64,000 nt of DNA from Octopus sinensis. Taxonomy: Eukaryota. Positions 1 to 13,019 of this stretch are shown one piece after another; positions within the stretch are counted from its first letter, which is position 1, and each line of letters begins with the position of its first letter. The stretch is from assembly GCF_006345805.1 (NCBI RefSeq), contig NC_042997.1, forward strand, positions 70,370,001-70,434,000, given 5' to 3'. The notes below the pieces were generated by a model. That model was given only the letters and a program-made list of their open reading frames with translations. It searched no databases and was not told the DNA's origin. The translations under genes and the position numbers were made by a program.

Positions 1-63
1 GATGATGATGATGATGATAATAATAATAATAATAATAACAATAACAACAACAACAACAACAAC

Positions 64-154
<91 letters not shown>

Positions 155-155
<1 letters not shown>

Positions 156-690
156 GGCAGTGGCTCTCATGGCTTCTGATCTTAACTGATTGGAAGTGTT
201 ATCATGTACATTGTTTTGTCTTGGTATAAAAGATGGGCTACAGTAAATATTCTGCTCAATACCACAGATTTGCTTGTCAGTTGTTTGACCTTAACCAGTT
301 GAGCATGTCCCTTAGTGGCTGACGATATGTGCATCTCTGATCACGAGCAGAAGTAGTGGGGGAGCATCATAGCCATGTGTTGAGAGGGATTCTTTGGGGT
401 TTGAATAGTTCACCTCCGGAAACATGGGTGGTTCTTTCAACATCCTTAAACAACCCTTATTCAGGGACCGTTTGAGCGGGATGGGCTACTCAACCTGAAG
501 AAAATTCTAACTGGGCCCCACCTGCAAGGTCATGTGCTGTTTATCTTGATATGAGATCACCATGTCGCGCACATATGGTTGTGATGCATGTGCTGGTGTA
601 CCTTTATCAGACGGGTAGTCATGAGGGTATATTGGGTTTCGTATATTTTACCCCAGTGTCACTTTGATGGCATGAACTGCTCTCTCACTC
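155..690 (+). mobile_element. Non-coding interspersed repeat ('repeat X', ~540 bp), copy 1, embedded in (AAT)n
   Basis: High similarity to 35516-36071 and 37660-38017; all three end at ...CTCACTC followed by (AAT)n, with variable 5' ends. Confidence 0.8.
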
Positions 691-835
691 AATAATAATA
701 ATAATAATAATAATAATATAATAATAATAATAATAATAATAAGAAGAAGAAGAAGAAGAAAAGAAGAAGAAGAAGAAGAAGAAGAAGAAGAAGAAGAAGA
801 AGAAGAAGAAGAAATCCTTCTACTATAGGTGCAAA

Positions 836-1720
836 ATGTCAATCAACAACATCAACAACCGTGGAACCACTGTGGAGGTATGTGAAGATGTTCGGTATTA
901 TCAAATCAGTATTGTTGTTTATGCTCTGTGGAGTTTTTCTTTTGTGCTATGTTTTTTGGCTTTTGGGACCTTTTGGTTTTCCTTCATCTTCACTACAGGA
1001 AGATGTGGGGGTCTGTTATTGTGTGTTTGTGTCTGTGTGTATGTTTATAATCTTGTTTATGTGTGTAGTTTTGTTTGGTATGAGGGGTTGGATGTGGTTT
1101 TCTTGTTTCTCTCTAGGGTGGTTAATGTCTTAGGTGTTGTTTTGCCGGTGTTGGTGTTCTTTGTGGTCCTCGTCCCGGTGTAGGCAACCATGGAGGCATT
1201 TGGCCGCTTGCACTTTGTATCAGTCGAGGTAACGAGCTCACAAATGAGTCGTTTCTCCACACGCGAAACAATGTGGCCTTTTGCCCTCAGTCATGATGTG
1301 CATCACTGGAGACGTATGTGGTCCGGGATTTTTTAAATATTTTCTGATCTGATCTGGAGAAGTATCTCTAAGTCAACTCCAGACCAGTCGTTCTTGGCAG
1401 TTCATGTCCTCTCTAATGGGACGGTATCCGTCCCCTCCACGATTACGCATCCCAGAAGCCACCAAATATCAAGTCCTGGCGGGATCCTACGAATGTGGAC
1501 TTCAGCTGTACGGTTCTCCATGTAGTAGGGGTAATGACTTTGCTGGTTTTGCAAGGGGACATTGAATGTTTTATAGCGAGGGATTCTGATTTAAACAGCA
1601 CCGAAATGGTGCCGTATTGTTAGCCACTCGCTTTGTCCTCGATTTCATCTCTGATGCACCTCAACGCTGCCTCAATATCTACTTAGGCTAGTAAGGCCAC
1701 TCTTTTTATCACAGCTGAGA
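836..1720. mobile_element. Unclassified decayed repeat-like fragment (possible retroelement 5' region)
   Basis: GC-richer, skewed composition similar to LINE/PLE 5' regions; no diagnostic motif recognised. Confidence 0.25.
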
Positions 1721-2149
1721 TGCATCTAAAAAGCACCGTTTTTCTCTCCACTGCTTGAAATGTGGGACAGTTAAATTGGTCCAAGTTTTTTCTTGTTTAA
1801 TCAGTTTCCAAGTCTCGGTCAACATTTCATCTCTATTTATCAGTCACGGTAAAGCCTTGCTTCCTTTTCGGTCCTACTGCTGCGGCTGCGAACATGTTTT
1901 TGTTGTTGGAAATGTTCACGTTCTTGTCGATATTGTTGTTGTTGTTGCTGTTTTTTCTGCTGCTGCTACTGCCGATGCTGTTGTCGTTGTTGCTGTCGGT
2001 GTTGTTGGTATTGGTTTTGTTGTTGCAGTTGTCACTTCTGCTATTGTTGTTGCTGTCGCTATCGCTACTACAGCTTTATACTGATGCGTCAGTTTCGCCA
2101 GTTTTCGACGCCTCATCAGTTAAGCCAGCTCGGATTCGGATTGTGTGTG

Positions 2150-2460
2150 TGTGAGTGTGTGTCAGAAGTTAGATCGTCGAGCTGACAATCATGAGGTAGT
2201 GAGTCCGAATCCCAGACTGGGCTGTGTGTTGTGTTCTTGATCAGGGCAATTTATTTCACGTTGTTCCTGTTCGCACAGCTGTAGAAATGAAGTGCAATGT
2301 CACCAGTGTTAAGCTATACCGGCCTTTGATTTGCGTTGGATATCAGTGGCGTGGAGAGGGAAGGCTGAAATGCATGGACGACTGCTGGTCTTCCATGCAC
2401 AGTTTTGCCCGGAATTGTCCCTCGGAGGGAAACTTTCTAGTGCAATTCCATGGTCATTTA
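2150..2460 (+). mobile_element. Decayed tRNA-derived SINE with CORE-like domain
   Basis: B-box-like GAGTCCGAATCC followed by TGTGTTCTTGATCAGGGCAATTTATTTCACGTTG, homologous to the SINE at 59286-59605. Confidence 0.7.
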
Positions 2461-2494
2461 TGACCGAAGGCGGTCTTTATACTTTATATATAAT

Positions 2495-2640
2495 ATATAT
2501 ATATATACATTATTTACATTTGACGAATATTTGTCCTCATCTTGTTTGTTGTTAGCACAACGTTTCGGCTGATATACCCTCCAGTCTTCATCAGATGTTT
2601 GGGGTAAATTTCGAATCCGGATTCTCATTCCTTCGTTATT
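2495..2640 (-). mobile_element. Penelope-like terminal module with minimal hammerhead ribozyme (core 2554-2599)
   Basis: Minus strand reads AACAT-CTGATGA-A-GACTG-GAGGGTATAT-CAGCC-GAAA-CG-TT-GTGCT; homologous modules at 2985-3125, 61899-62045 and 63435-63575. Confidence 0.75.
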
Positions 2641-2671
2641 ATTTTTATTATCATCATCATCATTATTATTA

Positions 2672-2717
<46 letters not shown>

Positions 2718-2742
2718 CATATTATTAATATTATTATTATTA

Positions 2743-2815
<73 letters not shown>

Positions 2816-2913
2816 CATTATTATCATTATTATTATTATTATATTATTATTATTACTATTATTATTATTATTATTATCGTTATTATTATTACGAGTTCGA
2901 TTCCAGGCAGTGA

Positions 2914-2959
<46 letters not shown>

Positions 2960-2984
2960 CATAACAACAACAACAACAACAACA

Positions 2985-3125
2985 TAGAAAAATACATTAA
3001 CAATGAGAACCCAGGTTCGAAATGTTCCCAAGACACTAGATGAAGTCTGGATGGTATATCAACCGAAATGCTGCGTTAGCAGCAAACAAGATGAGGACAA
3101 ACATCCGTTAAATGCAAATAATTTT
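2985..3125 (+). mobile_element. Penelope-like terminal module with degenerate hammerhead
   Basis: AATGAGAACCCAGGTTCGAAAT...GACACTAGATGAAGTCTGG...CAACCGAAATG; same family as 2495-2640, opposite orientation. Confidence 0.7.
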
Positions 3126-3682
3126 CAACTCAGGTTCCCTTAGATCCTTTAGAGTCATCTATATTTGCTTTTGTTTATTGGGTCTTTTTCTATTCCATAT
3201 CGTGCCATATGAGAATATTATGATAGCCAGACACCCTCGACAAATTGATAGAGTCGTTAGAGCAAAGAATAGTGTGCTTTGCAGTATATGTAACTCACTT
3301 CACTTACTTGAAACCCTGAAGTATATCTCACTCTGAATTAAAATCTCGCAGATTCACACCTTACCTTTTATCCTTCCGGAATCATTTAAAAAATTATTAA
3401 TTCACAATGATACCGTAAACCCTGAGGGAAAAAAAGGGAGTCGAAGCATCAAAGACAGTTCGAAGTTGTCAACAACATCATTCTGGCAAATCGTGCGACA
3501 TATCTTTCACGATGTAATTGCTAAGCATCTTTAAGCTCATGGGGATTTTGTTATATGTATTATATCATAAACATTTTCATTACGTGGGTTTCCTTCATAA
3601 GGATCTTAGTCTGATAAAGGTAATACATGTTTAAGTATTTGTAGTTTCTTGAAGTTTGGTTATATATATACATAGAGAAATG

Positions 3683-3754
<72 letters not shown>

Positions 3755-4866
3755 TGTTATTGTTGTTATTATTATATAAATATTTATATTCATACAGTAA
3801 GTTGTGAAACAAATTTGTTCATTTTTTTCCATTTATTTTAATTCAGATTTTCATCAACCTACTTTAAAAAAATCTTTATATATACATACATGTTTATATA
3901 CATTATTTATGTGTGCATATATAGTTGTGTTAATATGCCTATACATATATAGACATACGAATATGTGTGTTTGCATATATGAATATATGTATATACGCAC
4001 ATATGCTTACTATTATGTATACACGTATGTTTGTATAAACGTGCACACTGACGATAAATTGTTATATAAATTTTTCAGGTAAATCCTATCAAGGAAAAAA
4101 ATAAAACAAAAGATGGAAGAAAGTTTGAAACTACTCTTTAAACAAACAGAAGCAATATCAACAACTACAACTACACCAAATGTACGCAATAGTTCCGAGT
4201 ATTTGTTTTTGTATTTTCTTTATTCATATTCTTCCCATTTGTTTTTTACGTTTTGCATTTAATTCATTCGTCAGATGTTGAGCGAGTGTACTTAGACGTG
4301 AGAAAGAATAATATTGAAGGGTCAAAGAAAAAATAGGGGTTTTGCAGCGGTTGTCTTTCTTAATAAAATAAATGTGATATCCTTCCATAAATAGTTATCA
4401 GTGAGTGCGCAGCGTGAGAAATGTGTGTGTTAGGAAGATTTCCCTTTACTTCTCCGTCCGTATAAACAAAATACAGTCTAGGTGGCTTGCTTGTGTGAAA
4501 ATCATGAGGTTCTTCTGATGACATTTTGTAACGATTTAGTGGTAGATGAGAGCGTTTATCGTTGCGTGCAGCTATTAATATGTACGTAGGTATTGTTTTG
4601 TATGTACATGAGTGCGTATGCGTTCATGTGTTACGTATGTGTGTGTATATGTGTGTGTATGTGTGTGTATGTGTTTGTGTGTGTATGTATGTGTTCTGGG
4701 AGTGTATTATTGTACTCTTATTCCAGAAATGTATTTAAGCTGAAGATCCTGGAATGCTTACAATTTTAGCATCCAATTCTGTGTGGTTTTCTATCTCAAG
4801 GTTTATAAGTAAAAACGATAGAGTGGGTGAAAGTAACGGAAAAAAGAAATAATTGAAAGAGAGAGC

Positions 4867-4898
<32 letters not shown>

Positions 4899-5344
4899 GT
4901 GTGTGTGTGTGTGTGCATTTGTATGTGTGCGCGCATGTGTATATTTTTATATTTTGTGTGAGCATGTGTATATTTTTATATTTTGCATACAAAAGAGAAA
5001 AATAGTGGAAGTGTAAATGTTATGGCTGTGTGAGTTTATGTCTTTCACATTTGTATGTGAGTGCCAAACGGGCATATATGTATGTGTGCGTACTTGTGTG
5101 CAGTGGTGCGTGTGTTCGTGTGTTTGTGTGTTGTTGTGTTCGCATATCTATGTGTGTACGTTTATTCGTATGAATATAGTAAATATGTAAAAAAAAGTTG
5201 AAAACTGGAATAAAACGGTTGACTGAGAGGAAGTGTTTTACTAAATTATTCTCCTTCCTCACTTTTCAATATTTCCTTTTCTCAGCCTCTTTAATGTTTT
5301 CTCTCATCCTTTCTCTTACTCCGTCTTTCTTTCTCTCTCTTAAT

Positions 5345-5520
<176 letters not shown>

Positions 5521-5785
5521 AGCAATTAAGGACAACTACTTAATAAGGAAAACTAACAAGAAATTGTCAGGTAGATAGCGTAAAAACCTCATAAGAGAAA
5601 AAATTTCGAAAATAATTATTTCTTATTGAACATATTAATTATATATAGAGGGCATTATACATACATGCCAGGAGGCATTCTACATACACGCCATACGCTA
5701 AGAGGGACAATCAGTCATTTCTACCAAAAATATTACTAATCCCACCGAATGCAATTTTTCAAAGAAAGACATTTAAAAATATATA

Positions 5786-5831
5786 GACCTGTATCACAGT
5801 GATTTCATACTTACGTAATCATCAGCAGGCC
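5786..5831 (-). ncRNA. Type I hammerhead ribozyme, unit 1
   Basis: Minus strand: GGCCUG-CUGAUGA-U-UAC-GUAA-GUA-U-GAA-AUCAC-U-GUGAU-A/CAGGUC; stem I 6 bp, stem II with GUAA loop, stem III 5 bp, AUA cleavage triplet. Confidence 0.85.
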
Positions 5832-6264
5832 TGAATATACTATAAATAAACAACGACCCCGCTTCGCTTAAGCCGATCAGCTAACTGATCAACATCAACG
5901 AGGCACATGGTTGAGTTTATATATACTATATCCGGATGAATGGCAAACTTTTACGAATTGCATTTCGGGAGAGGAAAAGTTTTTTCGGAATAAAAATTTA
6001 GCAATTAAGGACAACTACTTAATAAGGAAAACTTAACAAGAAATTGTCAGGTAGATAGCGTAAAAACCTCATAGAGAAAAAATTTCGAAAATAATTATTT
6101 CTTATTGAACATATTAATTATATATAGAGGGCATTATACATACATGCCAGGAGGCATTCTACATACACGCCATACGCTAAGAGGGACAATCAGTCATTTC
6201 TACCAAAAATATTACTAATCCCACCGAATGCAATTTTTCAAAGAAAGACATTTAAAAATATATA

Positions 6265-6310
6265 GACCTGTATCACAGTGATTTCATACTTACGTAATCA
6301 TCAGCAGGCC
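6265..6310 (-). ncRNA. Type I hammerhead ribozyme, unit 2
   Basis: Identical to 5786-5831. Confidence 0.85.
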
Positions 6311-6743
6311 TGAATATACTATAAATAAACAACGACCCCGCTTCGCTTAAGCCGATCAGCTAACTGATCAACATCAACGAGGCACATGGTTGAGTTTATA
6401 TATACTATATCCGGATGAATGGCAAACTTTTACGAATTGCATTTCGGGAGAGGAAAAGTTTTTTCGGAATAAAAATTTAGCAATTAAGGACAACTACTTA
6501 ATAAGGAAAACTTAACAAGAAATTGTCAGGTAGATAGCGTAAAAACCTCATAAGAGAAAAAATTTCGAAAATAATTATTTCTTATTGAACATATTAATTA
6601 TATATAGAGGGCATTATACATACATGCCAGGAGGCATTCTACATACACGCCATACGCTAAGAGGGACAATCAGTCATTTCTACCAAAAATATTACTAATC
6701 CACCGAATGCAATTTTTCAAAGAAAGACATTTAAAAATATATA

Positions 6744-6789
6744 GACCTGTATCACAGTGATTTCATACTTACGTAATCATCAGCAGGCC
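6744..6789 (-). ncRNA. Type I hammerhead ribozyme, unit 3
   Basis: Identical to 5786-5831. Confidence 0.85.
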
Positions 6790-7223
6790 TGAATATACTA
6801 TAAATAAACAACGACCCCGCTTCGCTTAAGCCGATCAGCTAACTGATCAACATCAACGAGGCACATGGTTGAGTTATATATACTATATCCGGATGAATGG
6901 CAAACTTTTACGAATTGCATTTCGGGAGAGGAAAAGTTTTTTCGGAATAAAAATTTAGCAATTAAGGACAACTACTTAATAAGGAAAACTTAACAAGAAA
7001 TTGTCAGGTAGATAGCGTAAAAACCTCATAAGAGAAAAAATTTCGAAAATAATTATTTCTTATTGAACATATTAATTTATATATAGAGGGCATTATACAT
7101 ACATGCCAGGAGGCATTCTACATACACGCCATACGCTAAGAGGGACAATCAGTCATTTCTACCAAAAATATTACTAATCCCACCGAATGCAATTTTTCAA
7201 AGAAAGACATTTAAAAATATATA

Positions 7224-7269
7224 GACCTGTATCACAGTGATTTCATACTTACGTAATCATCAGCAGGCC
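7224..7269 (-). ncRNA. Type I hammerhead ribozyme, unit 4
   Basis: Identical to 5786-5831. Confidence 0.85.
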
Positions 7270-7581
7270 TGAATATACTATAAATAAACAACGACCCCGC
7301 TTCGCTTAAGCCGATCAGCTAACTGATCAACATCAACGAGGCACATGGTTGAGTTTATATATACTATATCCGGATGAATGGCAAACTTTTACGAATTGCA
7401 TTTCGGGAGAGGAAAAGTTTTTTCGGAATAAAAATTTAGCAATTAAGGACAACTACTAATAAGGAAAACTTAACAAGAAATTGTCAGGTAGATAGCGTAA
7501 AAACCTCATAAGAGAAAAAATTTCGAAAATAATTATTTCTTATTGAACATATTAATTTATTCGGTGGGATTGAACATATTA

Positions 7582-7814
<233 letters not shown>

Positions 7815-8089
7815 GAGAGAGAATAGAGAGAAAGAGTTACAAATGTCTAAAACAAAATCTGGAGACGCTAAGATTTTCAGGCAAAGCTAGAGACTGGCTT
7901 ACATGAAATTTTCAGACAATCTTTAAGCAGATCAGCAAAAATATGCAAGACACTCTTGAATTTCAATATATAAAAATTATAATTGTTACAGTCCAGCATT
8001 CGTTTCTCTGTCCCTCATTCGAGGAAGAATACCAATAAAATAAAAAAAGATATGCATAGCTACATACATACATGCATGTATACATCAGC

Positions 8090-9200
8090 AGACCAGCCGT
8101 AACTGATAAGTAGGTGTAGAAACGTCAGAAAGAAGAGCTAGCTTGTCCGTTGGTGGGCATAAGTGGGTGTATGTATATTACTCGAGCGGTCTATCTTCGG
8201 TTGTTATATCGACTTTCAGTGTTCTGGTTTGCAGACCATGTTTTGTTTGGCGAGCAATAATGTAATAGTTGATACGTGAAGCATTTATGTCAATCTGTTG
8301 GTAAATACAAGATCGGTGAGACAGCATTAAAGTAATTTTCGAGATTGAAGGTCGTGAATGTTTGTTGTGAAAACTTTGGGGTTGGTAAGTGTGTAAAATA
8401 AAGAATGATATTATCTACGATGACCGTCGATGACTGTACCGGAAACCATGTCATTAATATAATGAGGAGCAAAGAAGGCTCCTCCAGTATACGCCATGAT
8501 GGTGCTATGAAATGTAACTGGAAATTATCGATGCAAGAAAGAATAAATGAACGGATCCCACAGGCGGAGAGTTTGATAGGAGATAATTGTGATTGACGCA
8601 ATGTGTATCTCTTTCCGTAAATTTTTAGAAGGCGTGCTCTTGCTGCAGAGTAAGTCTCCAGTAAGTTTATCTTTAAGAAAGCCGATTTAGCGGGCACAAA
8701 AGAGGGAAAGACGTACCAGCTATTGGAGAATGTTGTTAAAGCCTGATTCCGCCACATTTAAGGTGGTGATGAGCGTATGATAGGTTGATATTTTACAGAG
8801 ACCCTGCAGCTTGGTATGAGTGTAGGAGTCAAAAATGGTTGTAAGCCATGAAATTTCTGTCGCCGACTCCTTCGGAGAGGAGTGAAGTGAGGCTCTTCGT
8901 TGCAGAGGAGACATGGCCGGAATATTTTGGTGGTTGGAAGCAGTAGGAAAGAGGTGGAAGGGGGATTGACTTTGGAGTATTGGAGGAAGGGAAACATTTT
9001 AACCTGGCTGTAAGTCTTTGTTGTTGGTACACTGCTTTACATTTGGAGTTCATCTTTTCCCCATTTGTGCCACAGACGCATGCTCTCATACATACCGCAC
9101 TCATACAGAGAGATGCGTGGGCGAACACACACACATACATACGGTTAAAATACACCGTTCGTGAACACCAGTGACGGAAGAGTTTTCCTCGCAACTTTTA
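8090..9200 (-). mobile_element. Probable decayed Penelope-like element 5'/N-terminal fragment
   Basis: Broken minus-strand ORFs (8290-8757, 8758-8997); degenerate hammerhead-like CTGATAA...GAAACGTC near 8103-8125; no RT motif seen. Confidence 0.3.
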
Positions 9201-9788
9201 ACTTCAGGAATATGTGTGGCCGACAAGCAGCTTATTTTTGTGCAGAGTAGTTATTCTATGTAGTATCGTATAGCATACGCTACTGGGAAATATTAGAAAC
9301 AAGTATTGGTTTAGCATATTTTATACTAACTTGAATGAAAACAAAAATATTATCATTAATTAAGGAAATTTACGTTAAGTATATATATCTATGTATATAT
9401 GCATAAGAAAGCCTGTATATAAACAGAGCCTGTCAGGCATCTAACTGATAATAAAACATACCCACTGTTTAACTTAAATATTAATTACATTCATGCATTT
9501 CATACATAATTTATTTTATTCTTATCTGAACATGTCATTTTTGTAATAGCAGTTTTACTGAACGGATGATATGCTTTAATATAGGCATATTGATCTGACT
9601 TAGATCAGCCTTCATCCATCACAACTGTGATCAAAATTGTTTCCTCATGAGCATCCGATATCGAAATACGAAGCCTCACCTCTTAAGAGAAGAGAAACAC
9701 TTTTAAAGACCGTCAATTTTTTTTCATTGTACTAACAGCCTTGTACAAGTATATGTATGTAGTATGTATGCCTGTATGTATGCATATA

Positions 9789-11078
9789 CGAGGGGCGTTC
9801 AATAAGTAATGATCCTGACCCACCTCCCATACCAGTTGAGCAACGGAACTTGGCACAATTATTGGTCTTTTTCTACATAGGAACCATCCAGAGTTACGCA
9901 TTTCTCCCATCGTTTGATCCAGCTCTGGAGACCGTTTTTGTAAAAGACCCCAGCTTGGTCCTCCATCTACGACGTGACTTTAGAAATCAAGGCTGCATCA
10001 TCTGGGAAATGCTTTCCTTTCAAAAACAACTTCATGGCTGGGAAGAGGTGAAAATCAGAGGGTGCAAGGTCAGGAGAGTAGGGGGTGGGGAGGAGTTCAT
10101 AGCCGCACGCCTGTGCTTCTGATCTGGCGACACGCGAGTTGTGGACCGGAGCGTTGTCCTGCAGGAGGAGGATGCCTTCGCTGATCTTGCCCCGCCTCTT
10201 GATTTTGATAGCTTCTCTTAATTTCCTCAAAAGTGAAGCATAATAGGCTCCTGTAATTGTGGTACCCTTTGCCAGGAAGTCTGTCATCACTACTCCGTCC
10301 TGGTCCCAGACGACTGTGAGCATGACCTTGCCAGCAGAGGGCTGCACCCTTGCCTTCTTTGGAGGAGGTGAGTCACGGTGCTTCCACTGCATTGACTGGG
10401 CTTTGATCTCTGGATCATAGTGATGAACCCAGGTTTCATCCTGTGTAATCAGTCTTTTGAAAAAGTTTGACTCATTTTCTTGGTACGTCTCCAAATTCAT
10501 CCTCGAGCACTCGACGCGTTCTTGCTTCTGGAAAGGTGTGAGCAACCTGGGAATCCATCTGGCAGACACCTTTTGCATATGCAAATGGTCATGAATGATA
10601 GTTTCCACTGACCCGGTACTAGTCTTGACCTCATGGGCTATTTGGCGAATAGTTATGCGTCGATCTTCCAAAATGGCAGCCTCAACTTGACGGAGAGATG
10701 CCTCATCAATGGCAGAAGGGGGTCGACCAGATCTGGGAGCTGTTTCCACAGAGTTCCGACCATGTTTGAATTTACGATGCCAGCATTTTACAAGGTCATA
10801 TGATGGGGCATCATCACCATAAGTTACTTTTATTTCATCAAAAGTCTCCCATGGTGTGCGTCCTTTCAAATACAAAAACCGGATCACTGCTCGACACTCA
10901 ACAGGCTCCATTTCACACTTGACTCAGTTCAAACACATGTACATCAGAAACCATAATTAGTTCAGAGCTGTAATTTGCCACCTAATCTATAGAGATATAA
11001 GTGATTGCACATGCAAAATTTCAACTAGATCATATATCTGAAAGTGGGTCAGAGGCATTACTTATTGAACGTCCCTCG
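9789..11078 (-). mobile_element. Full-length mariner DNA transposon (1290 bp)
   Basis: TIRs CGAGGGGCGTTCAATAAGTAATG / CATTACTTATTGAACGTCCCTCG, TA target duplications at 9787-9788 and 11079-11080, internal transposase. Confidence 0.97.
9859..10911 (-). pseudogene. Mariner transposase, 350 codons with one premature TAG (9967-9969)
   Basis: Motifs WIPRLL, TQDETW, LLQDNAPVH, YSPDLAPSDF; the frame continues past the TAG as MEDQAGVFYKNGLQSWIKRWEKCVTLDGSYVEKDQ*. Confidence 0.93.
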
Positions 11079-11157
11079 TATGTACGATGTATGTATACAC
11101 ATGACAACATAGAAACAGACAGACACACGTACATATATGTACATATAAGTATGTATG

Positions 11158-11191
<34 letters not shown>

Positions 11192-11394
11192 AAATCCAGT
11201 GTAATCCGTGAAATTAGTGTCAGTAGATCCAGTGGTAATCCAGGTGGAGTGCTGGTATGTAGATGAAGAGAGGTGCTGAAAGTTCGGTAAGTAGTTAAGA
11301 AATACAAGTCCAAAGAGTAGGAAGTTCACGCAGGAGCAAACTGGTATAACCACGTGAGCGTTTAATATATAGTTGAAATTTATAGAAAAACAAG

Positions 11395-11500
11395 ACAGGT
11401 GTATGATCAGCAAGCAAGTGTTTTAGTTTGACGCTCGGGGAAATGAAAAAGTATTTTACGTTTCGAGCCTACGCTTTTCAACAGAAAGGAATAAGAGAAA
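11395..11500 (-). mobile_element. Penelope-type terminal repeat fragment with variant hammerhead (CUGUUGA core)
   Basis: Minus strand CTTT-CTGTTGA-A-AAGC-GTAG-GCTC-GAAA-CG-TA-AAA; homologues at ~11705-11815, 15410-15520 and 40055-40150. Confidence 0.55.
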
Positions 11501-11557
11501 ATTAACAGAGAATGAAAAAAACCTTGTAGATTTTAGCGGTTGAAATCTACAAGTTTA

Positions 11558-11632
<75 letters not shown>

Positions 11633-11633
11633 T

Positions 11634-11666
<33 letters not shown>

Positions 11667-11845
11667 GTTTATCTTTTCATTCTCTCTCTGTTTATTTTTT
11701 CTTATTCTTTTCTGTTGAAGAGCATAAGATCAAAATATAAATGACCTTTTTATTCTCCCGAGCGTGAAGCTAATACACTTACTTGTTCATACACCCGTCT
11801 TCGTCTTCTGTTGTTCTATAAATTTCAAATATATATGTATATACA

Positions 11846-11878
<33 letters not shown>

Positions 11879-11957
11879 CATATATACATATATACATACA
11901 TACATACATATACATACATATATACATACATATATATATATATAATATATATATAAT

Positions 11958-11990
<33 letters not shown>

Positions 11991-13019
11991 CCACTATTTA
12001 ACTTAAATATTAATTACATTCAAGCATTTCATGCATAAATGTATATATATATGGCGAACCATATGCAGAAGAATATTTGAGCGTGTGCCTGTGTGTTAGT
12101 ACTGGAGGATGACAGCTATCACCCATAAAATTTGAAGTCCAACAAAAAAGTTGAGATCGATTAAAGTTCATGTACAAATACTCCGTTCGTAGTTCTATAG
12201 TTTGATACTTCGATGAGAAAATTGGAGAATGAATGAATGACGGACAGTTGTTGCGGAGGAATGATCTAGAAACACGATTAGGTAGAAGCTGATTGAGACA
12301 TAGTAGAAATGATGAGAGAAAGAGAAGGTGGGAGTATCCTGTGTGTGTAAGCGTGGTGGTAGTAAGCAGTTTCTAGTTCAGTGTAGCATTTGTTAAAACT
12401 TCATCAAGATGCTTAAAAACACTTAATCTCACAATCTGTAAAAGACTGAAACGTAAACATGAACATTTATGTTATGTATTTGTCTTTAAACATTCACTTT
12501 CGAGTATCTACTTGATGAGCAAATGATCAACGAATTTCAAAAAGACACTCTGCTCTTTGGCTCAAGTAATCTTCTCGTTCTAGCTACTTGATGGAAGAAT
12601 AGCCTCGATGTAATATTCTTAATCGAATTCAAAAGTCACCACAAGCAACTTAACTTTTAATCATCATGAAATGGAAAGACATTAAATAAAAGCAGACTTT
12701 TACAAATTCATATGATCTTTTCTTCAAATGTAAAAGTCCAGTGTAAATGACACGATAGGCTAACTGAAATATAATTGATGTTTGAAATATTTAAGACATT
12801 AGGAATTGAGATGAAACGAAGGTTATGGACAAGTAGTAAGAACTGATGATGTAAGAACGTTAGATATTTTTGTTTATTGTTACTGTAAATGGCGTGGAAA
12901 ATATACTTTGGCATATAAATATAGAACAGAAGACCAATTAACTGAATATGCACTTAGTATTCTTTCTTACTACTTGTGTTAACTGTTGTCATTGTTGCTG
13001 CTAATATTATTGTTGCTGT

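Larger units (their letters stand above)
5521..7557 (-). repeat. Head-to-tail array of ~479-bp non-coding units (4 full plus ~0.25), each full unit carrying a hammerhead ribozyme (retrozyme-like)
   Basis: Units start at 5521, 6000, 6479, 6957 and 7438 (AGCAATTAAGGACAAC...); differences seen are single-base indels only; no ORF of 60 aa or more in the track. Confidence 0.95.

Noticed and set aside
5521-7557. Interpretation of the 479-bp array as a CRISPR array, rDNA spacer or ordinary satellite
   Set aside because: No unique spacers, no rRNA sequence, eukaryotic context; the per-unit hammerhead and inverted end fit a retroelement better
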